DNA of 64,000 nucleotides from Marsupella aquatica (taxonomy: Eukaryota > Plantae > Marchantiophyta), in assembly GCA_973895155.1 (NCBI GenBank), contig OZ316896.1:22959722-23023721 (forward strand), in the 5' to 3' direction. Both the position numbers and the translations under genes were made by a program. Of this stretch, positions 12,903 to 24,813 are shown piece after piece. Every line of letters begins with the position of its first letter. The stretch's first letter is position 1. The notes under the pieces are model-generated. The model saw nothing but the letters and a program-made list of their open reading frames with translations. It did no database searches and was not told the DNA's origin.

Positions 12903-14329
12903 GAATGAGGTGATCTGAGGAGAATGTTTTGGGAATTGTAGAGACATATATAGAGCTGCAATTTTTGCAGTAGTGTTTTTGCATACGGATTTTGTGGCAA
13001 GGATTTTCTACAGGCCCCAACAGTTTAGTGTGGTTCTTTCTATCTCTGCTTGGATTAGTTACAATCAATCAATCTTGTATCCTGTGAGTACTTGATTTAC
13101 TGTACAAAGCTAAAGTCTAGCTTGCATAAATAAATTGAGTGACTACAAGATGTCTCATTTTGTACAAATCTTGATGTATTGGAAACTATAGAGAAATAGA
13201 GTTGCCTACTTGACAATTGCTAGAGTAGTTTTTTTAATCGCGGAAAAGTGAACTGAATTCTACAGGCCAAACAGTTCAATGGATTACATGGATTTGTTAC
13301 AGTCAATTTTGTAATCCGCATGGTATTGCATTTACTATTGAAAGCAACAGGACTTGCACTGTAAATAAACTGAGCAAGTGTTTGTGACTCGTGTTTATGA
13401 AGAAACAATGAATGAGTTTAATTTTTGTTTATAGTCCAAAATGTTGGCCCTTCAACAATGCCAAGCTTTCGACCTATATCCAGGTTGTTGTTTGGATCAT
13501 AATGTAGATGTTAGCGCAATTAGTTATTGTGAGAAACCTTAGAAATTAAGTGAACCCTTCATAGCAATCATTTGCCTTGGAATAGAAAATGCCATTGATG
13601 CTCATAGTGATCTCAGTATGTACACTCATGAAAAAACTGAATGAGTGTACATACTGGTACTGTGAAACAATCATGCTCCTCCTTTGATGATTGAAATAAA
13701 GAAATCAAACTAAGGCAGATCTCAAAAGTATGCTATAACATGCATGGGGGTAAAATAAGATTTGGATGGAGGTTGAGAGCTAAAATTTGCTTCCCTTTGC
13801 AAAGTTCTGGGAACTAAGGCACTACACCGAACAGGAGGAACAGACTAAGGTGATCACCGAATTGAGATAATTAAAGTTGCACCAGAGGTCCAGGAAGGCA
13901 ACAGAGAAGAATATGGACATCCATTGGCATTTGATGAGAACTTTTATAGATTTGATAGACAAGGTTCAAATTGCGTTTCAAGCTTATTCTGAAACAGAAG
14001 CATGATCACAAAATGCTGCTGAACGAAGACACAATGGTCCTGTGGCCACTACTCAACTAGCTAATTCGCTAGCCACAACTCACATGACTAAAATTTATGA
14101 TAAATTATATCCATATCTAGCCAAACAAGGGTAGTGATTGTCGTGCCTCTAGGCAACAAAGAGAGACTCATTATATCACCTGCATGAAAAAAGAGACAGG
14201 TCCAGCAGTTAAAATGTATCAGTGGCTTGCTTTTGCAATATAGCTACTAGTCTCACAACACCCACTACATCAAACACTCAACTGTATAAAACTATTAGCC
14301 TAGGCTATAGTATTGAGTATTGGGTCGGA

Positions 14330-14780
14330 CTGCAAGTACTGAGTACTAAAGCCAGGTCTTGAGTACCAGGTACTCAACGTATTGAGCTCGGTATTAAGTA
14401 CTAGGTACTCAAGGTACTAAGTACTTGATACTCAGGGTACTGAGTACTAGGTACTTAAGGTACTGAGTACTGGGTACTTAAGGTACTGAGTACTGGGTAC
14501 TTATTGGTACTTGGTACTATGTACTCAAGGTACTATGTACTTAAGGTACTGAGTACTAGGTACTTACTTAGGTACTTGGTATTATGTATTGAGTACTAGG
14601 TACTCAAAGTACTGAGTATTTGGTACTTAAGGTACTTACGTTGGTACTGCGTACTTATGGTACTGAGTACTTGGTACATACATAACCAGTACTGGTACTT
14701 AAGGTATTTAATACTTGACTAAGTATTATGTACTAGGTACTATGAGTATTTATTATCAAGTAGGTACTAGAAAAGGCATT
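14330..14780. repeat. GTAC/AGTACT-rich ~23-bp degenerate tandem array inside the transposon
   Basis: Repeated GGTACTGAGTACTAGGTACTTAA-like units. Confidence 0.8.
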
Positions 14781-15251
14781 AAGTATTAGCAAATAAATAT
14801 TACAAGTATTAGCAATAGGTATTACAAAGAAGAACTAGTATTCGGTAAGGAGGAGTTGCAAGCTTACTTGCCACTGAGAATCATGGGCCATGTGCATTGC
14901 GCAGTCATCAAATTGAACACCTGCACACAATAAACTAGATTGGTCAAAGACATGAATCAGTGTACAAGAATGTCACAAAGTGCCTTTTCACAGAGTTTTG
15001 AGATTGAGGGACCAACATCAAGTGAGGACGACCACCTCATAAAACATTAGCATCTGCGCTTTTAATTTGCTTACCTAGAACTTTAGGAGTACAGGTTCAA
15101 TTCAACCACACTCGGATTTCCTCTGCAGTCAATAAAGTTGCAATTAGAATTAAACCAGCACAACCAACAATCTACCCAATGTAACTATTCTCTTCCAATG
15201 AGTGTCTTTAGTGTCTTCAATAAACAGATAAATATTGGCAGTGAAAGAAAA

Positions 15252-18200
15252 TTACCTGTCCGCTGAATCCAAAATTGCTTGATAAGTGTTAGGGGCAAGC
15301 TTGAACCCTGGTGATCCCCTCAGTATTTTTGTTGGCACAAGTCCAAATTTTATGTGAATCACGGATGCCACATCGGCATAGCTAATGCTAGATTTGTCGT
15401 TACGAACAAAGCAAGTCGGATGCCTGCCATATTGCTGAAACCAAGTGCCTGCCAAAACTCGATCGCCCTTATAAAATTCAGCGGAATAGTCGTCTATGAA
15501 ATCATTTTCAACAACATGAGCCTTTTTTGTACACAAAAGAACGTAGAATTCTGCTTTCCAAATGTTGTCTTCTTCAGCCTTCACAGCAAAATAGTCACCC
15601 ACTTCAACTAGATCACCAATGTAGCCCTCGTAATCACAGGTCTCACTATCCAACCCGCCACCCATGTCTTCAATAATGGATGCAATCTCTCCAGCATTTG
15701 GGGTACACATAATCTACCTCCCACGGTAGAACATGAGCCTGATTTTCACAGAGTTCTTGACTTTCTGGATGAAGTGCACAGTTGATGCAGAAGCAAGCCA
15801 ATTCTCTACATTTCAGCATCATGGGATTGTCAGGGCTATATCCCAAAAAGCAATGCTTTTGTCTCACACCTTTGATAGGCAAACATTATAGGCCTGAACT
15901 CCGCTCCACCTCTTGCACACCGACCTCCCAGAAAAAATGCCTCACACCCTGCTTCTTGTCATACTCCATTTGCTTTCCTAGGCAAAACCGTTCCTTAAGA
16001 AACTCGACCACATCCTTGGCACCCTCCATTGGATGCCCTCCTTCTTTCCGCAACTGCTCCGTTCGAAGAGCTTGCTTCACCCCACCTCCTAGTCCATCCT
16101 GTGGAAGCAAGCATACAACAAAAATGCATCAAATCCTGCACGCTAAAAACTTCAAAGCTATCGCATAAATCAGCACGTAAAAATGTAACACTATTACATA
16201 CTATAGACAATGAAGCAAAAAAAGGGTCTGGCAAGTAATTACTTGTACACCTTTCCCATGCCCCGAGGCATGGAAACACCACATTAGTGGGACCCCATAG
16301 TCATGATTGTATTTTGCCACATAGGAAAAAGGGCGGCAAGCTTTAAACTGTGCTGCACACCCGTCTGACCACATAATGTGATTGTCTACAAAAATCTCTT
16401 TCTCTTTCATCCACTTCCAATGGAAATCCAAGCTGTGTTGCACAAAGAAGGTATCATGGCTATTGTCATCTGAAATAAAGAAGTGGTAATCAGCCTCAAT
16501 AAATCTGGTGATCCTCTGGCCCATTTTGTTGTACACCACAGGATCCTCCTCCTCCTTGTCATACTGGTGCCGGTAGGTGATCAGAACAAGAATAGTGACC
16601 TGTCTATTATCCCAGTGAAGGGATTGTACCTCATCTTGCGTTGCAAACGTGTAGTTCTCTGCAAAGTCAATCGAACTCACTATGGTGCCTTTAGGAAAGG
16701 ACTTGAGACAATTCTGGTACTGCTCAGCTTGCCATCTAGCATAGAAGTCATGTTTTATAAACGTTTCTATAGTAGCTGTTACTTTTTCCATAAACACCAC
16801 CATTGAGGTGACTTTAGTTACTAATCTAAGCCTCTTTCTAACCTTGGAAATCTCTGCATCATCACGATTCTGGACTTTCTTCTTTTTGGCACTCTTTGGC
16901 TTTGGTAAATCATCCAGGTTAACATACTCATATGTTTGCCACACCACAAACTCATCCTCTTCATCCACTCTTTCCTCCCACGGACACAACTCTAACAATC
17001 CTGGCCCACAGATCTCACAACTACCTAGTAAACAGTCCCTCTTGTGCCAAAGATCATCCTCTCCTTTCTTACATAAGGTCTGTGCGCACCACTCTCTCAC
17101 AGAGCATTGTGTATACTTGTGAGCTTTGCAAGGTTCATCATAACTATTCAGACTCACATGAGTAGTGGTACTGCAAGTACCGTCGACAACACTACCATCA
17201 ATACTATGACTCACTCCAGCAACAATTATAGGGGAACAAACTACACATTGACATGTGCAACCCACAGGATGTTGAGCTTGTCGTTGCTTGGCAAAGGCTT
17301 TGCAAAGTAGGTGCATCTCAACATGTTGCTTACAACAGCAGACATCCCTATCTTTCATTGTACGTATGAAGTAAGGTTTGAGGGCTTGAAAAGATCGCAA
17401 ACCGATAGTGTAAGCTTTATGTTCTTTCTTCAGCCATTCCTGGAACTTGGAAAAATACTCTGCCTGTCACCATGTGCAACATAAGTGAACAAAATGAGTA
17501 GTGCACAAAATAAACCAATATTGATTACAGACTTGCACTACTACACTTGCAAACTTACTACACGATTAGAAATGAGATGCACTACTACATAATTAGCAAT
17601 TACCTCAGTATCCTCAAGGCGGTGAGTCCTGTGCTCCACATATTCATTCTTTGCAATCCTTTTTCGTACAAAATCCTTCTTGCCTGGATCAGGCCTGGTA
17701 AGCGCCTCCCAGAACCACGCAACATCACCTCGAATCTCCAGAGAAAGGCGATCACTCCTTTCCTTTCGCTGACCCATTGGAAAACGCAGTGTTGCATCAC
17801 CATCTAGCAGAATTCTTTTCTTACTAGCAGCATACACAGATGCCCTTTTGATACACAATGCTCGAGCAAGAGAAGATTGGTATCTTGCATCCACAATCTT
17901 GGGACCTATAAAAGAAGATAGTAGAATATCTTTGGCTGCTTTATGATCTTTACGCCTTGCATACTTGACTATTTTCAAAGTGTTCTTTATATCATCGATA
18001 GCTGTACTCCATGACAGATCCGCTTTAGGGCAGCCTAGTGAAGTGGGGTGCAATTGAACCATTCCCTTATGAGTCCAGAAACGCTCCATGATGATCTTCT
18101 TAGCAGCAAAATTATGTCGTCTTGTTAATTCGGAAAAGTGCTTTACCATCCCAGTGACAACTTGGGTCTGGCTACGGACACTTCTGTTTGGGATATCAGA

Positions 18201-18812
18201 GGCATCATAATTCTCGATTACCTCACCAAGTAGACACCGCTTCCTCAAACGAGACTTCTGTTGTCTCCTTCTAGCTGATGCACGCATAGCCTCTTGAGTT
18301 GCCACCCCTGTTGCATCTCCAAAAGACTGATCATTTGCACTGCACTCCTCCGCTGATCTCAACCTGGACTCCAAATCAATAGTTTGATTCTGCAAGTCAT
18401 GAATTTGGTATTCCAAAGTTGCAAACTCCCCAGCCAATTGTAGCCGAATTTCATCCTTGAAGTTGTCAGCCTGCTCTCTTGCATTAGCAAGCAGCTTCTC
18501 TGCCTCTATTGCAGCCTCTCGTCCAGCCTGAACAAGCAGCTTCTCCGCCTCTATGGTAGCCTTGTGTCTAGCTTGAGCAATCAACTGCTCTACCTCTATT
18601 GCAGCCTTGTGTCTAGCCTTAGCAAGCAACTTCTCGGCCTCTATGGCAGCCTCCTGAATCACCAGCTTCTCTGCCTGCCCCTGAGCATCTTGTAAAGTTT
18701 CTTTGGCATGTGTTCTTACTGCATTCACTGCTTGCCCTGCCCTACGCTCTCTTCTCTTAAAATTTTGTCGGTCTCTTTTGGCTTTCGCTGCTTCATCCCA
18801 AACACTACTCAT
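15252..18812 (-). pseudogene. Sola2-like DDD transposase (spliced; one nonsense codon, one frameshift)
   Basis: Exons are 18812-17604, 17463-16243 and 16098-15252, joined by phase-0 GT-AG introns (RLEDTE|AEYF and GHGKGVQ|DGLGGGVK). Motifs: RDVCCCKQH, IDFAENYTF..QDEVQSLHW, ISDD.SHD, WSDGCAAQFK, GHGKG.QDG.GG.VK, CFCINC. There is an in-frame TAA at 15888-15886 and a frameshift near 15700. The N-terminus has four 15-aa coiled-coil repeats. Confidence 0.85.
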
Positions 18813-19109
18813 GATGTTGGGTTAACACCATGAGATCATGTGTGAGGGTAGAGATTCACCCTACTTCAACCGCCCTTGAGCTACAATGTTTGTTCTCCTA
18901 AACATAGAGTAATGCCACAGAGTAATGAAGGTCTAAACGTAGAGTAATGCCGCAGCTTCCTGTCGCAGAGTAAGGAACATTCACTACGAGGTCAGATGTT
19001 TACAGTCCTTATCCCTTAGACCACAATGCATGGCAATGCGACGCAAAACGCAACATTGAAGCTCCAAACAGGAGCAAAAGAAGGTGAATGTCGAACACGA
19101 AAAGGACAA

Positions 19110-19395
19110 GGTAACACAAAAGTTCTGCAACGCGATGTCCGCGCTTGTTTCTCTCAATGTCTGGGCTTGTTTCTTGCAAGAAAAACTTACAAGTATAGTG
19201 CGTCTGTGAGTACCACTAAATTTCTGCAACATACGCAATGTTTGGGCTTGTTTCTCGCAAGAAAAACTTACTTGGTATAGTGCATCCGTGAGTACCACCA
19301 AATTTCTGCATCGCAATGTCGGGGCAGCTTGTTTCCCTCAAGAAAAAACTTACTCAAGATTAAGAAAAACTTACAGGTGTAGTGCGTCCACGAGT
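19110..19395. repeat. Subterminal direct repeats upstream of the transposase
   Basis: About three degenerate copies of GCTTGTTTCTYGCAAGAAAAACTTAC...TAGTGCRTCYGTGAGTACCAC. Confidence 0.6.
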
Positions 19396-19743
19396 ATATG
19401 ACACGTAACGATGTTTGTAGAAGGACTCACGACCTAACGCGCCATGTACAATGGACTTGGGAACTTGCATAGAGTTCAAACCATAGGGTCAACACGAGTT
19501 ACGAGGTATTTGAATTCCAAGAAAGTACTACTTAAGCTTAGTACCTTAAGTGACAATGTCGGCTGTGGGTAGTGAAGGGCAACACCAAGGAAATCATCAC
19601 CTTTACTTCTTGGGCTACACAGTAATGCTTGTCTAATCTTGGCCACCCATTCAGATACATCTGAGCCCTTCCATGGTCCTTTTTGGTCCTTGTACATTTC
19701 AAGTACCATCCTCTATGGTATTTGAAATGTGACATTTGTGACA

Positions 19744-19776
19744 TCAAATAATACCCCCTCTAGCTTGCTTTTGGCC
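19744..19776 (-). repeat. Right terminal inverted repeat of the Sola-like element
   Basis: Reverse complement reads GGCCAAAAGCAAGCTAGAGGGGGTATTATTTGA. Confidence 0.9.
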
Positions 19777-21749
19777 AGGTACGGGTGTTGGGATTGGTGA
19801 GGGCGCTGGGTGGCAAGGTCCACCATTCACTTTAAGTAAATTTTCAGTAATCTTGGCAAAAGTTTATATTTTAGTTTTAAATGAAAGCCAAAAGAGGAGC
19901 AAACCTTGGTTTTATGGCAAGATATTGAATGTCAAATAGTTTCAAAACAGATTTGGTTTTTTGGTGCTCATTAGAAATTGCTTGGAATTTGTCCAATAAG
20001 CCCAATTTCACTAGGAAATGAGATCTACAAATTTTCAAAGACATAGTATATCATTTTTAACTTAGCATGGATAAGATATACATAGTCCGAGAAAAATGGA
20101 GGATTTCACTCAAATCCAAATCCATCCAGGTTGGAAAAGTCTCATTTTTCCCATATCTCACTGATTGGTGTAATATGTCCCATCAAGAACTATATTACAT
20201 AGTTGCGCCACTTTTTAGAGTGGACGCCATTCAAATTTGCAGCCCGGCAAAAAAATTAAAAACTCTGGTCAAAGGTAAGCAATGAAGCCAAAGTGTGAAT
20301 TGAGTTTAGTGTGACTCACAAAAAGTTGCACCAGTGCCCAAGACAAGCAAGAATAATCACACGAGACAAAAAAAAGAAGCGAAAGACTTTAACACAATGC
20401 AAAAGAGTCAATGCACGAGGATCAAGGAGGATACATCCATATATACAAGTAAGTATTGTAATACTCACATGCAAGTTTGTATTGTACATATTCATTTCTA
20501 CATATTCAATATTGTGTGTGTCACCTGCTTATCAAACAATTTACACGACAAATACATATTTCCTTCTACTAAAATTGTTTGTTATCGTATGATGGGAACA
20601 TGGAGGGACGCTTATTCAGATTCTATTGCACGTAGGATGAGTATGTTTATTTCCGCTCCCGAAAATGTAAGTTTTGATCAAGTCTACCGACTAACCTCTC
20701 AAGTCCCATGGACTACACCACACACACTCCTGCTGGTCGCTGGTGGAGTGTTGTCACCACCCCTCCTACTCGCATGGTTGACCAATCCGTGCAAGGATTC
20801 CTTAGACACTTCTTGGGGAAAGAACACAATCGTGACACAGAAAGATAACGCCACACCAAAACTTCAGGAATCAAACCAAATCCATATCTTTTGGTAAAAA
20901 CAAATCATAACACATTGCAAGGACAACCCTGCCTCCTGTTGTCTGCCTAACTCCTGCCTCACTCGGACAAGTGCTACGCCTCTACCTCACTACTCTGGCT
21001 CGATTCTTCTGGCTATGAGATAACTTCCCTAAACAAACACTAGACTAAGTTCCCCACTTTGCTCACTATGGGGCTCCCCCTAAATACCAAAAAATTACAC
21101 CAAAGCACCCCTCACGGGGTCACAACGATGGCGGCTACCCAAGCGGTGCCGCTAAAACCTTACACAAGAAATCCCTAACCTAAAACATGCAGCACACACA
21201 TGCTCCTAAAACCCTAATCTAACTACGGGACCGACAGTGCCTTTGACGGTGCCAACCAACAAACCGCAATCTGTAGTCTCGGGGAAGTGAGGAGGCCTCC
21301 CATGGTCGAAACCTCAAATATTTCAAACTACTCCCTTGAGGGGAGCCCTGGATAGCCTTGCTCCTCTTGATCACGGTTCCGTAAATGGCATTCAAAACGT
21401 ATCCCGAACGGCCGAGTTACGGGATTCTCAATCCGTAAATCGCAAAAACTCCTAGACTCATAACGTAACTAGCCATCTTGGCTCTGTTTGGGGAGCGCTG
21501 CACCTTGCCAAAATCAGCTTCCCGAGCTCCTTCCAACAAGCCCATGAGTTGACCCTTCCTAGTTATGTCAAAAATCAAAATCTGTACGGCTAACATCCGT
21601 ACAGCCAACTAATCCTCAGTCCTCGGAATCACTAACGGTGTCAAGACTCCATCCCCGGGAATCATTGCTTGCCTCACTATCTCCTTGGGTGGTTGCAGCA
21701 CTTCCTCCCCTCTTCTTCACCTGTGTGGTCCATCTAGACGTTTGGCTCG

Positions 21750-23374
21750 GGGTTCCCTGCTTCCGCATTGTCGCCAACTAAGGCTTGCCAAGCCTTGATG
21801 TACCCGTGACCGATGGTGTCCTTCCACAACGTTGCCTCCTCACCACCCCGTAATTACAAAAGCAAGACTTGGCCCGTGGCCATAGGAGTTCCCAGGGTCA
21901 TAGATCTGGGTGGCATCCCTGGTATTCCTGTGGCGTCGTGACTTGGTTGCACCTCCCGTAATGACTTACGGGCCTCCCTCAACTTCTTTTCCAGGCTCTT
22001 ACACTTCTCCATGTTCTTCCTTGCTGCCTCCAACATGGGCCGTACTTCTCCGTCACTTCCTTCACTACCATCTCAATAGCCTTGGAAACCAAGTTGGGGG
22101 AGAGAGTGGGACTAGGTGGGCAGGGGCTCTTCCTCTTCCCCATCCTCAAGGTATCGCTTCTCTTTGCCCTAGCATCAAAAATCCCCACTTGGCTTTGTAG
22201 CTCCGTAGCTCCGTAACGTGTTTCCTCAATTTTTCCATCTCCCCAGAGATCTGCTTCTGCTTAGCCAACTCCTCCCTCAAGGTTCCCACCTCCAGTGCTT
22301 CTTTGGCCTTGGTGGACAACGCTCCGTGCAATTGAGAAATCTGTACTTGGGGCTTCCTTTAGTACTCTATTCCTCTTTAGCCTTGATAATATCCTTCAAT
22401 GCTTGGTTACTCAGTCCCTACCTTGGCATTTGCTTGGTTGAGGGCCTCTCTCAAGGTCTGGCATAGCTTCAGCCCCTCATGCACTCCGTCACGAAAATCC
22501 CGTAACTCAACCAAGTACACGTCCGGCAAATCAGATGGTGGCTCCTTAGTTAAGTCTCCCAATTAAGATGGTCATGGTTATCTTACGGATCTCCGTGGTG
22601 AATGGTGGCACGGCCTCCCCCTCTGATGGGAGGATGAGTCCCTCTGCTCTAGCCAAGAGAAAGGCTCCCATCAAATGGATACTCCCCCCGGGTTTCACAC
22701 TCTCGGGATCCAGGGCCAACGCTTTCTTTAATCCAAAGTACCACCATCCGTAGGCATGCTTTGGGTGGTTTTTGATGTCGTTGGCAATAGCCAACTGATC
22801 TCCACTTACCACTCCGGATTGGCCACGGCAAAGCACCCGTTGGTGTATCTTGGCCACAAATCCCTTATACCCTGGTTCCCTGAAGGATGAGAGGAGAATG
22901 TTGGTTACGGAGGTGGGATCCTTCACCACCTCCACAAGCTTCTCCAATGAGAGTACCCATGTGGTTCCATTAGTTGAAATGAGAAGTCCTGGTTATCAAG
23001 AAACAACAATTGGGCTAGTTCGGTGTTGGGGATCAAATGTTGTGTGCATTGAAAGTGGATTCCCTCCGTCCGCAACTCATACCTACCCAAATGTCCCAAC
23101 TCCTACCCGGGGGGATTCTGATCTCCAACCTCATGAAATCCGTCAGACCGGTGGCCTGAAATATCTCCTTGCACTCCTCCATCACTTTGGCAGAAGTCCG
23201 GGGGTATACTCTCCAATAAACTTTCTTTGCAACGGATGCGTTACAGTTGTCCGGTACGATACTCATGGCTGCTAGTCTTCTCTCTTTCTCCTCTACAATT
23301 TGTGACGCAATGTAGTTCCGGTAAGCGGCCTTGTATCTATGGATACGGGCTGCACTGAACTCTGGTTTCTCCAA
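21750..23374 (-). pseudogene. Decayed TE-associated (retrotransposon accessory-type) coiled-coil ORF
   Basis: Co-oriented broken ORFs at 23374-23033, 22947-22546, 22331-22146, 22188-21979 and 22036-21854 have protein-like composition ending in a K/E-rich coiled coil. They sit in GC-rich TE-like DNA. No gag, RT or integrase motifs were seen. Confidence 0.4.
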
Positions 23375-23453
23375 CGATGATCATTCACATTCAGCTCAGA
23401 GAAATCATCCCGTCACCCATAAGTAAACCCAATGCAATCCTTGGCCCGACAAG

Positions 23454-23758
23454 CCCGGGGTCCTCACTTCTTTTCTTCCGACCCATCACGCGCGAATAAG
23501 TATAGGGTTTTTTATTGGGTTTAGTGAAATACTTTTAAATTTTTGTTGAAGAACATTAGGGTTATTTTAATACAATTTTGAGAATTATAAGAATCATAGG
23601 GTTTTTTATTATCAAATATGGAAATATTCTTGGAATATTCCATTAAGTTAGGGGTAAAAAAATTCCTAAAAAAACTTTATTGACTTAACTTTTAGGGTGT
23701 TTATTCCCCCAAAACTTTGAGCGTGATACGGGACACCCCTTGGATTGAGGCCCCCGAG
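23454..23758 (+). mobile_element. 305-bp MITE with 8-bp TSD, subfamily A
   Basis: TIRs CCCGGGGTCCTCA / TGAGGCCCCCGAG; perfect TSD CCGACAAG at 23446-23453 and 23759-23766. Confidence 0.9.
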
Positions 23759-24491
23759 CCGACAAGCCCCTGTAACACGTTTGGATGTCCACCTCTAGAC
23801 CCCAGAGAAACTGTCACTAAGAGTAGCACGGACCCGGCAACAATCTCTCAACCCCCCGTTTCCCTTGGCCCGAACAGCCCCCCAACACGTTACCGGAGTG
23901 GCTCTACCTCTCCCACAAGTGTGCCCAATTGCCGCCCGACACACAGATCTCAACCACAATGAACACTTAAGTCCTCCCAAAGAGCTTTTGAAATCAAAAG
24001 GAACGAGAAGTTTTGGAAGTGAGGAGAGAAGCAAAAAGAAGCTTTCGGCCGTGGGAGGGGAAAGGAAAAAAACCACTTTAGGAAAGGGGTACAATAACCC
24101 TGCGCTCCCTCTCCCAGCTCTTATACACGGCCAGGATTGCCTCCCCATCGCACCTGCTCCCCCCTCTCCAAGAATCAAGGGATTTTTAATTCCTCCCGAT
24201 CCTTCCAACTCCTTTGGGGCCTCCCCCGGGTGCGGGGAGCACCTTAAAAAATGGGGCAGCCCTTTATTATCCCTCCCCAACGCCTGCTCCTCCTGAGGTC
24301 CCAGTACCTGCCTCCAAGGGTCGGGGAGCATTTACTCCCCTCCTCCCCATGTGACACCTGCCTCCCTGGCCTCCTTGCTATTGGCTCACGGCTGCCCCAG
24401 CATGCAACCCTATGGGCCTACTTAATTTATGGCTGGTCTGACTCGCTCCCTGGTCCCGGGAGCTTCTAATGGCCCCCCTAAGGCGTCCCTG

Positions 24492-24813
24492 CTGGGGGGT
24501 CACTATATGGAGGGCCATACATCACATGCGATGTTTTAGGGTTTGACCCCCTAACTTATAAGTGAATTGTTTTTGTTACAAAACCCTTCTTTCTTTAAAT
24601 TTTGTCATTTTTTATTAAAAAACCCCTAAAAACTTTAAAGAAAGTATTTTTTACAATTAAATAGGTCTATGTGTTCTTTAAAGTAGACCAATCATTAAAA
24701 CATGCCCTATGTGTTTTTCCACCAAACTTTGGAAGTCTTCCGCCACACCCATTTAAATGGGCCTATACTTTGTCGCACGTGATGTGCCACTTCCATGGAA
24801 GTGACCCCCCGCG
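24492..24813 (-). mobile_element. ~320-bp MITE, subfamily B, inverted relative to 4299-4594
   Basis: TIRs CTGGGGGGTCAC / GTGACCCCCCGCG; flanks CGTCCCTG / CCTCCCTG (1 mismatch); ends match the 4299 copy in reverse (GGCAYATCACGTGCGAC). Confidence 0.7.

Larger units (their letters stand above)
7957..19776 (-). mobile_element. 11.8-kb Sola2-like cut-and-paste DNA transposon carrying two passenger genes
   Basis: TIR GGCCAAAAGCAAGCTAGAGGGGGT is perfect over 24 bp and matches 31/33 bp at both ends. A 4-bp TSD, AGGT, lies at 7953-7956 and 19777-19780. The element contains a transposase with DFAENY, SDGC..QFK and GHGKG..DG.GG.VK motifs. Confidence 0.9.
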
